NCBI GenBank assembly: GCA_965228885.1
Contig: OZ245841.1
Span: 1,332,264-1,396,263 of the forward strand
Source of the DNA: Rickettsiales bacterium
GTDB taxonomy: Bacteria > Pseudomonadota > Alphaproteobacteria > Rickettsiales > CANDYO01
Length of the DNA stretch: 64,000 nt
Direction: 5' to 3'
The notes under the pieces are model-generated. The model ran no database searches and had not been told where the DNA came from. It worked only from the letters and a program-made list of their open reading frames with translations. This document shows, piece by piece, positions 55,853 to 64,000 of this stretch (positions are counted from its first letter, which is position 1; the number at the start of each line of letters is the position of its first letter). A program made the translations under genes and the position numbers.

Positions 55853-56218
55853 ATGTCAACTTTTAATCTTTCAAAAAATAATTATTGGCAAATTTGCCTG
55901 TTATTTTGTTTAGCTGCAGCAGTTATGGTAATGCCATCTCTATCTGTTGCTGATGGATACGGCACAGGTACTACAGATGATGGTATTTCTGAAGTACTAT
56001 GTTACATTGTGACTAAACTAACAGGACCAATTGGTAAAGCTACAGCAATGATTGCGTTAGTAGTATTAGGTATTGGTATCTTCTTGGGTAAACTTTCATG
56101 GCAGCTATGTTTAGGTGTATCTATCGGTATAACCTTTATCTTCGCAGCTGGTAAAATTATCAACTGGTTATCAGGCACTGGTACAGAAAGTTGTGAAGTT
56201 GTTGAGACAACATCATAA
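55853..56218 (+). CDS. virB2: TrbC/VirB2-family type IV secretion pilin
   Basis: 121 aa. Long signal peptide ending SLSVA, then the VirB2 pattern ...VLCYIVTKLTGPIGKATAMIALVVLGIGIFLGKLSW....GITFIFAAGKIINWL (two TM helices). Confidence 0.65.
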   Translation: MSTFNLSKNNYWQICLLFCLAAAVMVMPSLSVADGYGTGTTDDGISEVLCYIVTKLTGPIGKATAMIALVVLGIGIFLGKLSWQLCLGVSIGITFIFAAGKIINWLSGTGTESCEVVETTS

Positions 56219-56266
56219 GGTATTTAGTTCTTTTTTTGTAAAAGAATGAAATATTTATAAAATGGA

Positions 56267-56298
56267 AGCTCCTAACTTAAACGTTAGGAGCTTTTTTT
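56267..56298 (+). terminator. rho-independent terminator after virB2
   Basis: AGCTCCTAAC-TTAAAC-GTTAGGAGCT followed by TTTTTTT. Confidence 0.8.
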
Positions 56299-56365
56299 AT
56301 TCTTGCTTTATAAAGCATGTATTTATATATTTTAGATAAATAAACTCATCTTCAAGGTTTTTCAT

Positions 56366-57712
56366 ATGTTTGAATCATTATCTAACAACTTAAATAAAGT
56401 TATCAACAAACTCACCTCTAAAGGATTCTTAAACGAAGAAGATATTGACAATGCAATGCGTGAAATTAGGATTGCTCTCCTTGAAGCCGATGTTTCACTT
56501 AGTGTGGTTAAAGAGCTTACCTCCAGAATAAAAGAACAAGCTAAGGGAGAGCAGATTATTAAAAGCATTTCTCCCGGTCAGATGGTGGTAAAGATTGTTA
56601 ATGATGAATTAGTTAAAGTTCTTGGAAATGAAGTAAGCCCCATTAATTTATCCACTAAACCTCCCGCTGTTATAATGTTTGTGGGTCTCCAAGGTTCTGG
56701 TAAAACCACATCTTCTGCAAAGCTAGCCTTATGGCTTAAGAAAAAAATGAATAAGAATGTTTTGCTTGCATCTTTAGATACTCAAAGACCGGCAGCTAAA
56801 GAACAATTAGAAAGCCTTGCTAAACAAGTTAATATTCCCTCTCTTCCTATTAAAGATAATGAATCTGCTGTTAATATTGCCAAACGAGCATTAGAAGCTG
56901 CAAAAAATTCTATCAATGATGTGTTGATATTAGATACGGCTGGACGTCTTCAAATTAATCAAGAATTAATGCAAGAGCTAGAAGAGATTAAAAAACTTAC
57001 TAAGCCGATTGAAATTGTTTTTGTTGCTGATAGTTTAACCGGGCAAGATGCAGCTAATGTTGCCAAATCTTTCCATGAGGTTCTAGATCTTACTAGCGTT
57101 ATCTTAACTAGAATTGACGGTGACAGCAGAGGTGGAGCTGCACTTAGCATCACCCATGCTACATCTAGACCAATCAAATATGTTGGTGTTGGCGAAAAAT
57201 TGAATGAATTTCAAGAATTTCATCCAGATAGAATTGCTTCACGTATTCTTGGCATGGGAGATGTTGTATCTCTTGTAGAGAGCGCATCTGAACATATTAA
57301 CAAGCAAGAAGCGGAAAAACTAGCATCCAGAGCTCAAAAAGGAGTGTTTGATTTTAATGATCTATTATCTCAATTACGCAGCATGAAAAAAATGGGTGGA
57401 ATTGGCTCAATGCTAGGCATGATCCCAGGTTTAGGCAAGCTAAAATCAGCTATGAGCAATGCTAATATGAATGAAGACATGCTAAAGCGTCAGGAAGCTA
57501 TCATTCTGTCAATGACCGCTAAGGAAAGAAAAAATTTTAAGCTGATTAATGGATCTAGACGTAAAAGAATAGCTGCAGGCTCTGGAACCACAGTTCAGGA
57601 TATCAACCGTCTCCTCAAACAATTCCAAGAAATGAGCAAAATGATGAAAAAATTTGGCGGAATGGACCAAAAATCTATGCTTCGTTCAGGAATAGGTAAA
57701 TTATTAGGTTAG
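56366..57712 (+). CDS. ffh: signal recognition particle protein Ffh
   Basis: NG domain (GLQGSGKTT, DTAGR, TRIDGD) and a Met-rich M domain. Confidence 0.93.
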   Translation: MFESLSNNLNKVINKLTSKGFLNEEDIDNAMREIRIALLEADVSLSVVKELTSRIKEQAKGEQIIKSISPGQMVVKIVNDELVKVLGNEVSPINLSTKPPAVIMFVGLQGSGKTTSSAKLALWLKKKMNKNVLLASLDTQRPAAKEQLESLAKQVNIPSLPIKDNESAVNIAKRALEAAKNSINDVLILDTAGRLQINQELMQELEEIKKLTKPIEIVFVADSLTGQDAANVAKSFHEVLDLTSVILTRIDGDSRGGAALSITHATSRPIKYVGVGEKLNEFQEFHPDRIASRILGMGDVVSLVESASEHINKQEAEKLASRAQKGVFDFNDLLSQLRSMKKMGGIGSMLGMIPGLGKLKSAMSNANMNEDMLKRQEAIILSMTAKERKNFKLINGSRRKRIAAGSGTTVQDINRLLKQFQEMSKMMKKFGGMDQKSMLRSGIGKLLG

Positions 57713-57965
57713 CTATAGAGGATGTTAATTTTAAAAAGAAAAATCTGGTTATTCTTTTAAAAAGCAATCTATTGCAATGGTAATGGATTGACAAGCTATT
57801 CAATTAAAAGATGTTACAAAGGAAGTTTCTTATTGTTTTATAGAATCATTAAACTCAGGGCTTTTTATTTATCGTAAATTAGAATTTAAATCTTTGTTTA
57901 CAAATAATATTTTTAAGCAATTACTCAGTAATGAATTAAGATAAAAGCATGGTTTTATCACCTTC

Positions 57966-59198
57966 CTAACCTAAAACTTCTTCTATACGAATTAGTTCAT
58001 TATATTTTGCTAAGCGATCAGTTCTTGAAAGAGAACCGGTTTTTATATAACCAACACCTGTTGCTGCCGCAATATGCGCAATGGTTGTATCTTCCGTTTC
58101 ACCTGAACGATGAGAAATTATTGCTTTATATCCAGCGGATTTTGCTAAGGATATTGTTTCCATGGTTTCACTTAAAGTGCCAATTTGATTAGGTTTAATT
58201 AAAATAGCATTAGCCATTTTTTCTTCTATTCCTTGAGTTAGAATCTTTTTATTGGTAACGAATAAATCATCCCCCACAAGCATAATTTTAGCACCTAACT
58301 CCTCAGTTATGAACTTCCACCCTTGGTGATCATCCTCTGCCATAGGGTCTTCAATAGAACAAATGGGGTAATCACTAACTATTTTCTGATAATAATTAAT
58401 CAACTCCTTAGAGGTTAATGCTTCACCAGCCATATGATACAAACCATCTTTATAAAATTCTGATGCCGCACAATCTAAAGCTAACATCACATCCTTACCT
58501 AATTCATAACCAGCTTTTTTAACAGCTAAAGTAATATAATCTAAAGCCTGAAAAGCATTGTCTAGATTTGGAGCAAATCCTCCCTCATCTCCCACATTAG
58601 TACTATGCCCATCAGCGCGTAGTATTGCCTTAAGACTATGAAAAATTTCCGCACCAATTCTGATGAACTCTTTCACTGAAGTTCCACAATTAGGCATAAT
58701 CATAAATTCTTGAATTTCTATTTTATTATCTGCATGAGCACCACCATTGATAACATTCATCATGGTTTTTGGAAGTTTATAATCTTCTGAATTAGAATTT
58801 AGACATTGAAATAATGGCAAGCCTTTAGACAAAGCTGAAGCTTTAGCTACTGCAATAGACACTGCTAATGTTGCATTAGCACCTAAATTTGATTTATTTT
58901 CAGTTCCATCTATATCTATAAGCAAATCATCTATTCTTTTTTGATCAAATGGAGATTCACCTATAATTTTAGGAGCAATTAGTTTATTAACATTCTCAAC
59001 AGCTTTTAATACGCCTTTACCTAAAAAACGACTATCATTATCTCTTAGTTCAACAGCTTCAAGTTTACCTGTTGATGCACCACTTGGCACTGATGCACGC
59101 CCCTTAGAGCCATCACTTAAAATAACATCCACCTCAACAGTTGGATTCCCACGACTATCAATAATTTCTCTAGCCTTAATCTTAGTAATTTCCACCAC
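57966..59198 (-). CDS. eno: enolase
   Basis: GTG start. Motifs [29 protein letters not shown] and IKPNQIGT. At 410 aa it is slightly short for the family. Confidence 0.92.
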   Translation of the reverse strand: MVEITKIKAREIIDSRGNPTVEVDVILSDGSKGRASVPSGASTGKLEAVELRDNDSRFLGKGVLKAVENVNKLIAPKIIGESPFDQKRIDDLLIDIDGTENKSNLGANATLAVSIAVAKASALSKGLPLFQCLNSNSEDYKLPKTMMNVINGGAHADNKIEIQEFMIMPNCGTSVKEFIRIGAEIFHSLKAILRADGHSTNVGDEGGFAPNLDNAFQALDYITLAVKKAGYELGKDVMLALDCAASEFYKDGLYHMAGEALTSKELINYYQKIVSDYPICSIEDPMAEDDHQGWKFITEELGAKIMLVGDDLFVTNKKILTQGIEEKMANAILIKPNQIGTLSETMETISLAKSAGYKAIISHRSGETEDTTIAHIAAATGVGYIKTGSLSRTDRLAKYNELIRIEEVLG

Positions 59199-59207
59199 TT
59201 ATCTCTC

Positions 59208-59705
59208 TCACCTTAAATCTAAATTTCTATAATTAGCATGGCAAATGGCTACGGCTAATGCGTCTGCTGCATGCTCATTACTAACCTTCGCTTTTGGCAA
59301 TATTTGATTAACCATATATTGTATTTGGGTCTTATCAGCCTTACCTTTACCAACAACTGCCTTTTTCACCAGGTTAGGAGCATATTCAAAAAATCGTTTT
59401 TTAGCAACCCCAATTGCCAAAATTGCTACTCCCCTAGCGTAACCAAGTTTTAAAGAAGTAAGATTATTGTTATTAACAAAAATATTCTCCATAGCAACAT
59501 CTGTTGGTTTATATAAAGATATTACTTTTTCTAATCCTTCATAAATATCTTTTAAACGCTTCTCCATGGAAATCTTTGAATTGGAAGTTATAATACCAGA
59601 ATCAATAAAATTTATACTATTTTGTTTCTTTAAGATTATTCCCCAGCCTGTGTTAACAAGCCCTGGGTCAATTCCACAAATAATATCTTCATCTTCTAAA
59701 TACAT
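59208..59705 (-). CDS. ruvC: crossover junction endodeoxyribonuclease RuvC
   Basis: Motifs GIDPGLVNTGWGI and HAADALAVAICH. Confidence 0.9.
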   Translation of the reverse strand: MYLEDEDIICGIDPGLVNTGWGIILKKQNSINFIDSGIITSNSKISMEKRLKDIYEGLEKVISLYKPTDVAMENIFVNNNNLTSLKLGYARGVAILAIGVAKKRFFEYAPNLVKKAVVGKGKADKTQIQYMVNQILPKAKVSNEHAADALAVAICHANYRNLDLR

Positions 59706-59708
59706 ATT

Positions 59709-60569
59709 CTAACTTTGTGTTAATTGATAAAATTTTGAGTAAAGCATTTGACTAATGGGATTATCTTTATATTCATGCTCAGCAATAGATGCAATGGAAG
59801 TAATCTCCGCTGCTGTACCAGTTAAAAAAACTTCATCCGCCTGGTGAACATCCTCCATTGTTATATGTTTCTCAATAACTTTAATACCATTCTCTTGAGC
59901 TATTTGAATAATAATCTGACGCGTTATTCCATTTAAACAACATTCAGTTGTAGGAGTATAAAGATTGCCATTTTGAACTATAAAAAAATTGGAAGTTGTA
60001 GCTTCTGAAACATATCCTCTATAATCCAACATTAGAGCATCATCATATCCTGCAGCAAGAGCTTGCTTCTTTGCCACGTGATTTAAAACATATAATCCAC
60101 TAGCTTTAGCCTCATAAGGGAATGATTCAGCCGAAGGTCTAACTAAAGATGATACTTCTAAACGCAATGATTTTTTTTCTAATAAGGTTTTACAATAAGG
60201 AGATGGACGTGGCCAACAACTGAGCATAATATTAGTGATATTATCTGATCCTATTGACATCCTCTGATCACCTAAAAAGATCAAAGGACGAAGATATCCA
60301 TCATCAATATTATTACGTTTTACCAACTCTATTGATGCCTCCATAATCTGATCTTTTATAAAAGGAATATGCATTGTTAATATTTTTGCAGAATTAAATA
60401 GTCTTTTGATATGATCTTTTAACTTAAATATTTTACCATTATACACCCTAACACCTTCAAAGGCTCCAGTACCATAATGAAGGCCATGAGTTTTAGGCCC
60501 TATCTTCACTTCATTCTCATGAATAAACTTTCCATCGAGCCACACATAAGAATTTTGTTTTTTTTTCAT
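59709..60569 (-). CDS. ilvE: branched-chain amino acid aminotransferase (class IV)
   Basis: Motifs GLHYGTGAFEGVRVY, YLRPLIFLGD, EATTSNFF, NGITR and FLTGTAAEI. Colinear with E. coli IlvE as I recall it. Confidence 0.85.
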   Translation of the reverse strand: MKKKQNSYVWLDGKFIHENEVKIGPKTHGLHYGTGAFEGVRVYNGKIFKLKDHIKRLFNSAKILTMHIPFIKDQIMEASIELVKRNNIDDGYLRPLIFLGDQRMSIGSDNITNIMLSCWPRPSPYCKTLLEKKSLRLEVSSLVRPSAESFPYEAKASGLYVLNHVAKKQALAAGYDDALMLDYRGYVSEATTSNFFIVQNGNLYTPTTECCLNGITRQIIIQIAQENGIKVIEKHITMEDVHQADEVFLTGTAAEITSIASIAEHEYKDNPISQMLYSKFYQLTQS

Positions 60570-60713
60570 TTTGTTTGTGTGTTTTTAAAATTTTAATCAT
60601 TTATTAATTATAAACTCTTATTCTTAATGTTAGCAAAATATTCTATAAAAACCAATAAAACTTTAGAATATTATTGTTAATCAAACCCTCAAATTCATAG
60701 GCAGGAGGTATTT

Positions 60714-61025
60714 ATGTCAGTTCGTAAAGAAGATCAAGAAAAAAAAGAATCATTACTTGGAAGTGTTACCAACTTTTTTCTTAGACGGGAAGAAACAAAT
60801 CTACCAAAGGAAGAAGATACTAGTTTTCTTTCAATGGCACGGCAATTAAGAGCACAAAAAGAAGAAGAATCAAAAGAAAGTGAGGCTCTGCAGCGCGATA
60901 TCAGCGACTGGTTGGCTGGAGAAGCAATGAAAATGCTTCACATTACTGGCACCGCTCTGGAAGAGAGGATTCATAACATGATTATGGGTGAATCAACACA
61001 TAACAATAGCGAAGGAGGAGAATAG
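60714..61025 (+). CDS. hypothetical acidic protein (103 aa)
   Basis: ORF with an AGGAGG Shine-Dalgarno upstream. No family recognised. Confidence 0.45.
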   Translation: MSVRKEDQEKKESLLGSVTNFFLRREETNLPKEEDTSFLSMARQLRAQKEEESKESEALQRDISDWLAGEAMKMLHITGTALEERIHNMIMGESTHNNSEGGE

Positions 61026-61128
61026 CCCTTCTATAATCATCCCCTCTATAATTACAGAGGGGAACCTAATATTGAAAGCTCTCAAGCATTCCTCACTAAA
61101 TATTTTTAATAATTTAAAAGAAATACTT

Positions 61129-61668
61129 ATGTTTAATAAAATTCTCAGATACTTAAAAAATAAATTTAAGAATCGTCCACATAAAATTTTTGATGAAGCA
61201 ATAATGCTAGATCAATTTCAAGTGCAAGTGGAAAAACCAACTAATCGTAGATATACAGAAACATTACTAATTTCTTGTGTTGACTTTAGATTTAGAAACG
61301 AAGCTGAAGAATTAATGAGTAATTTTCTTCATTTGGAAGGAGATTACGATGAAATTGCAATGCCTGGAGCAAGCCTATCCATTGTGGAAAAGAAATATCC
61401 AGAATGGAGCATTGCTTTAGAAGAAATGATAGAGCTTCTTGAAGGACTGCATCATATTAAGAGAGTGATATTCTTAGACCATAGAGATTGTGGAGCCTAT
61501 AAAATTATAAAGGGTAAAGAAGCAACATCCACTAGAGCTCGTGAAACTAAAACCCATAAACAAGTATTTAAAGAAGCTAGAAAATTCATGAAAGAACATT
61601 TTCCAGAGCTGAAAGTTTACACATTGCTGATGGGAATGGATGGACTAGTTGAAAATTTTAAAGAATAA
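61129..61668 (+). CDS. hypothetical protein with beta-carbonic-anhydrase-like metal-site motifs
   Basis: SCVDFRF (CxDxR) and LDHRDCGAY (HxxC), in the order and approximate spacing of beta-CA zinc ligands. The ATG at 61129 is preferred over the GTG at 60988, which overlaps the previous ORF. Confidence 0.4.
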   Translation: MFNKILRYLKNKFKNRPHKIFDEAIMLDQFQVQVEKPTNRRYTETLLISCVDFRFRNEAEELMSNFLHLEGDYDEIAMPGASLSIVEKKYPEWSIALEEMIELLEGLHHIKRVIFLDHRDCGAYKIIKGKEATSTRARETKTHKQVFKEARKFMKEHFPELKVYTLLMGMDGLVENFKE

Positions 61669-61742
61669 GACATTAAATATTTGACAAAGCTAGCCCCCCT
61701 ATCTACGAGGGAGGCTGAGTGTAATTAATGGTTTATTAAGAT

Positions 61743-62153
61743 TTATTTTTGTAGCCTTTGCTGTATTTCAACCTTGCGTGCAATATTCTTTCTTATTTGA
61801 TCAGTATCAACAGTTCCTGTATGCTCACCGGTAGTATATGTGGTACCATCTTTTGTTACAGTTGTACTTCCAGTCACAGATACAGTTCCATCTTCATTCT
61901 TAGCTATATCTCCTTCCTTAAGTAATGTATTTCCTGTTGTATAATTACTTCCACTAACCATCGCCTCCCCAACATCTTCACTTGTTTCCCTGGCACTTGC
62001 ATATAACAACCCATCCTCATTATGAGCATATCCACCAATATTATAAGGTTCTCCATTTTCATCAACTCCCTTCCAAGTGCTGGCTTCAACATTCCCTCCT
62101 AGCAAAGCTATTCCACTCAATATTAAAGCAGATTTTAAAGATTTCTTGTGCAT
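61743..62153 (-). CDS. secreted Thr/Gly-rich hypothetical protein (136 aa)
   Basis: Signal peptide MHKKSLKSALILSGIALLGGNVEA. No family recognised. Confidence 0.5.
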   Translation of the reverse strand: MHKKSLKSALILSGIALLGGNVEASTWKGVDENGEPYNIGGYAHNEDGLLYASARETSEDVGEAMVSGSNYTTGNTLLKEGDIAKNEDGTVSVTGSTTVTKDGTTYTTGEHTGTVDTDQIRKNIARKVEIQQRLQK

Positions 62154-62330
62154 AATTCTCTCCTATTTTTTTTTATAAACACTATTATAATAGACCAAAT
62201 TCCATATATCAAAACTTCAATCTATAGTTAAATAGTAGTCTATTCTAAAAATAAAACCAGCATAAAACCCAAACTTGACTTTTTCTCCATAATATTGATA
62301 ATAAAACATAACAATTTTAAGGATAAAAAC

Positions 62331-62885
62331 ATGTTTATACAAACCGAAGAAACCCCAAATCCAGAATCATTAAAATTCCTGCCTGGAGTTAATATATCAC
62401 CAAGTCCGATGAATTTTCTTGATAGTTCTCAAGCAACTAACTCTCCTTTAGCTCAAAAGCTATTCACTTTAGATTTTGTAAAGTCTGTATTCTTAGGATA
62501 TGACTTTGTAACAGTCACTAAGAAAGAAAATGCCAAATGGGATGTTATTAAAGCAGAAGTTTTAGTGACCATCATGGATTTTTTAGTTTCTGGAATGGAA
62601 GCTGTTAAACCTGCTGGCGCTTCTAGCAAACCTCGGTCTAATTCTGATGTAGAAGAAGATAAAATATCCCAAGAAATTAGAGAAATTATTGAAACCAGAG
62701 TTCGCCCTGCTGTAATGCAAGATGGTGGAGACATTGTTTTTCATGAATTTAAAGATGGAATAGTGAAGGTTGAACTTCATGGTGCTTGCTCTGGCTGCCC
62801 AAGCTCCACTGTTACTCTAAAAAGTGGAATAGAAAATATGCTTAAATATTATGTTCCTGAAGTTCTCTCTGTAGAAGCTATTTAA
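62331..62885 (+). CDS. nfuA: NifU/Nfu-type Fe-S cluster scaffold protein (Nfu_N plus NifU C-terminal domain)
   Basis: MFIQTEETPNPESLKF at the N-terminus and GACSGCPSS (CxxC) near the C-terminus. The ATG at 62331 has an AAGGAT Shine-Dalgarno. Confidence 0.85.
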   Translation: MFIQTEETPNPESLKFLPGVNISPSPMNFLDSSQATNSPLAQKLFTLDFVKSVFLGYDFVTVTKKENAKWDVIKAEVLVTIMDFLVSGMEAVKPAGASSKPRSNSDVEEDKISQEIREIIETRVRPAVMQDGGDIVFHEFKDGIVKVELHGACSGCPSSTVTLKSGIENMLKYYVPEVLSVEAI

Positions 62886-62889
62886 TATT

Positions 62890-63771
62890 ATGGAAGAGCT
62901 GTTTGTAAAGCATCTAAACCTTCAATTATGCATACACAGCTTTGGCAAAGTAACAGATCCGGCCGTGATCTTAATCTCTGGATCTGCAGGGCAAGCTATT
63001 TTATGGGATAAAACTTTCTGCGAAAATATAGCTAAAGCAGGATATTTCGTCATTCGCTTTGACAATAGAGACACCGGATTATCTTCTGGAATAAATTTCA
63101 AAGAGAATCCTTATAATTTAAAAGATCTTGCCGGTGATGTTATTGGCATTTTAGACCATTTTAAAATTGAGAAAGCACATATTGTTGGAATGTCAATGGG
63201 AGGATATATTGCTCAGAAATTAGCAATTTACTATCCTAATAGAATATTAAGCATGACTTTATTCATGACCACCATCAATAGCTCTGTTATGCGTGGAATA
63301 CGTGGTATGGATAATTTACCTGGCCAAAGCTTAGACATTGTAAAAAAATTATCAGAAATATACCAAACTCCTAGGATAACTCTTGAGGATAGAATTAAAG
63401 TTCTTATTGAAACTTGGAAATTATTTAATGGAACGGAAAGCCCCTTCCCTTATGATGAATGGCGTGAATTAGCTGAAGAATCATATAAGAGAGCAAAAAC
63501 TAAAAATGCAGTCCGCAATCATCGCGCGGCAGTTTTAAATTCTCCATCTGATCGTGGTAAAATTTTAAAAGAAATAGATCTTCCTCCTACCCTAATTTTA
63601 CACGGCAAAGCTGATCCAATAATTCAAATAGCTCATGCCTATTACGAACATAAATTATTACCACAAAGTGAATTAGTGATTATTGATAAAATGGGTCATC
63701 TTTTAACATCTCTTTTTACAGCACAAGTGGAAGATGCTTTGCTTAAGTTTTTTGAATCCATCGAGACATGA
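62890..63771 (+). CDS. alpha/beta-fold hydrolase
   Basis: Nucleophile elbow HIVGMSMGGYIA, an HG-type oxyanion region and C-terminal GHLL. Confidence 0.7.
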   Translation: MEELFVKHLNLQLCIHSFGKVTDPAVILISGSAGQAILWDKTFCENIAKAGYFVIRFDNRDTGLSSGINFKENPYNLKDLAGDVIGILDHFKIEKAHIVGMSMGGYIAQKLAIYYPNRILSMTLFMTTINSSVMRGIRGMDNLPGQSLDIVKKLSEIYQTPRITLEDRIKVLIETWKLFNGTESPFPYDEWRELAEESYKRAKTKNAVRNHRAAVLNSPSDRGKILKEIDLPPTLILHGKADPIIQIAHAYYEHKLLPQSELVIIDKMGHLLTSLFTAQVEDALLKFFESIET

Positions 63772-63801
63772 AGAACTTTTAAGTTGTACTTATAAAGATA
63801 G

Positions 63802-64000
63802 CTATAACCTAACATTCTTTTTAAGTTCTATATTTAAATCTAACCCAGTAATATCTGAAATTTTTCTACAATCCTGAAAATCTAATTTAAATTTTCTTCC
63901 TAAATCCATCATAACTTCATGATTATTATCTGTAATTATTTTAAGATTAACAACCACATTTCCTTCTTCTTTAGCGGATAAAACCTCTTGTAACTGGCTG
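63802..64000 (-). CDS. 3' end of a gene running off the window; possibly the DNA polymerase III alpha C-terminus, very tentative
   Basis: The minus strand reads ..SQLQEVLSAKEEGNVVVNLKIITDNNHEVMMDLGRKFKLDFQDCRKISDITGLDLNIELKKNVRL*. This only loosely resembles the DnaE C-terminal pattern. Confidence 0.3.
   Translation of the reverse strand, partial: SQLQEVLSAKEEGNVVVNLKIITDNNHEVMMDLGRKFKLDFQDCRKISDITGLDLNIELKKNVRL

Noticed and set aside
61692-61716. The GC-rich hairpin AGCC(C)CCCT-ATCTACG-AGGG(A)GGCT between convergent genes, as a bidirectional terminator.
   Set aside because: The stem is real (4+4 bp with one mismatch). There is no adjoining T-run on the plus strand and only a weak one on the minus strand, so I did not list it as a terminator feature.
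1-64000. tRNA, rRNA, tmRNA, SRP RNA, transposase/IS or prophage genes.
   Set aside because: Scanning the intergenic regions by eye showed no cloverleaf-compatible GC-rich segments (no GGTTCGAATCC-like T-arms). No ORF has transposase, integrase or phage hallmarks. Absence by eye is not proof, so tRNAscan, Infernal and ISfinder should be run.

Overview
AT-rich (about one-third GC by eye) bacterial chromosome segment. It holds roughly 65 tightly packed protein genes, many with ATGA/TGATG start-stop overlaps. Gene content and order point to an intracellular alphaproteobacterium, Rickettsiales- or Holosporales-like: rpsU divergent from a COQ9-like gene, lpxD-fabZ-lpxA-lpxI, mlaE-mlaF, gltA, dxs, a tlyC/corC-like gene and several ankyrin-repeat genes. 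The exact taxon cannot be determined from the window. I found no rRNA, tRNA, CRISPR array, transposase or prophage genes. Housekeeping blocks (dxs, yebC, xth, cmk, rsmA, rpsU, lipB, plsC, parE, pepP, mgtE, mutM, gmk, typA, the lpx cluster, tgt, cysS, gltA, ffh, eno, ruvC, ilvE, nfu) are interleaved with candidate host-interaction genes. These are three ankyrin-repeat proteins, a Ulp1/CE-clan cysteine protease, a class-3 lipase, a subtilisin with a proprotein-convertase P-domain, an orphan VirB2/TrbC pilin, and several orphan acidic, coiled-coil or Gly/Ala-rich proteins. Findings that rest directly on the sequence: (1) a GC-rich composite palindromic repeat family at three loci (five copies) whose terminal arms are amplified as 27-30 nt tandem units; (2) a 135-nt relic copy of the MFS transporter 3' end, still stop/start-overlapping mlaE, that brackets an ankyrin gene with the intact MFS gene (an insertion or duplication footprint); (3) a phnA/yjdM homolog interrupted by one in-frame TGA at the conserved Trp position; (4) an rpsU gene with no canonical start codon; (5) two tightly spaced genes (2-nt gap) built from three copies of an orphan ~130-aa module; (6) an overlapping yhhQ-tgt pair whose Tgt has a non-canonical substrate-pocket motif, suggesting queuine-type salvage. 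All family assignments come from motif recognition by eye and need database confirmation.
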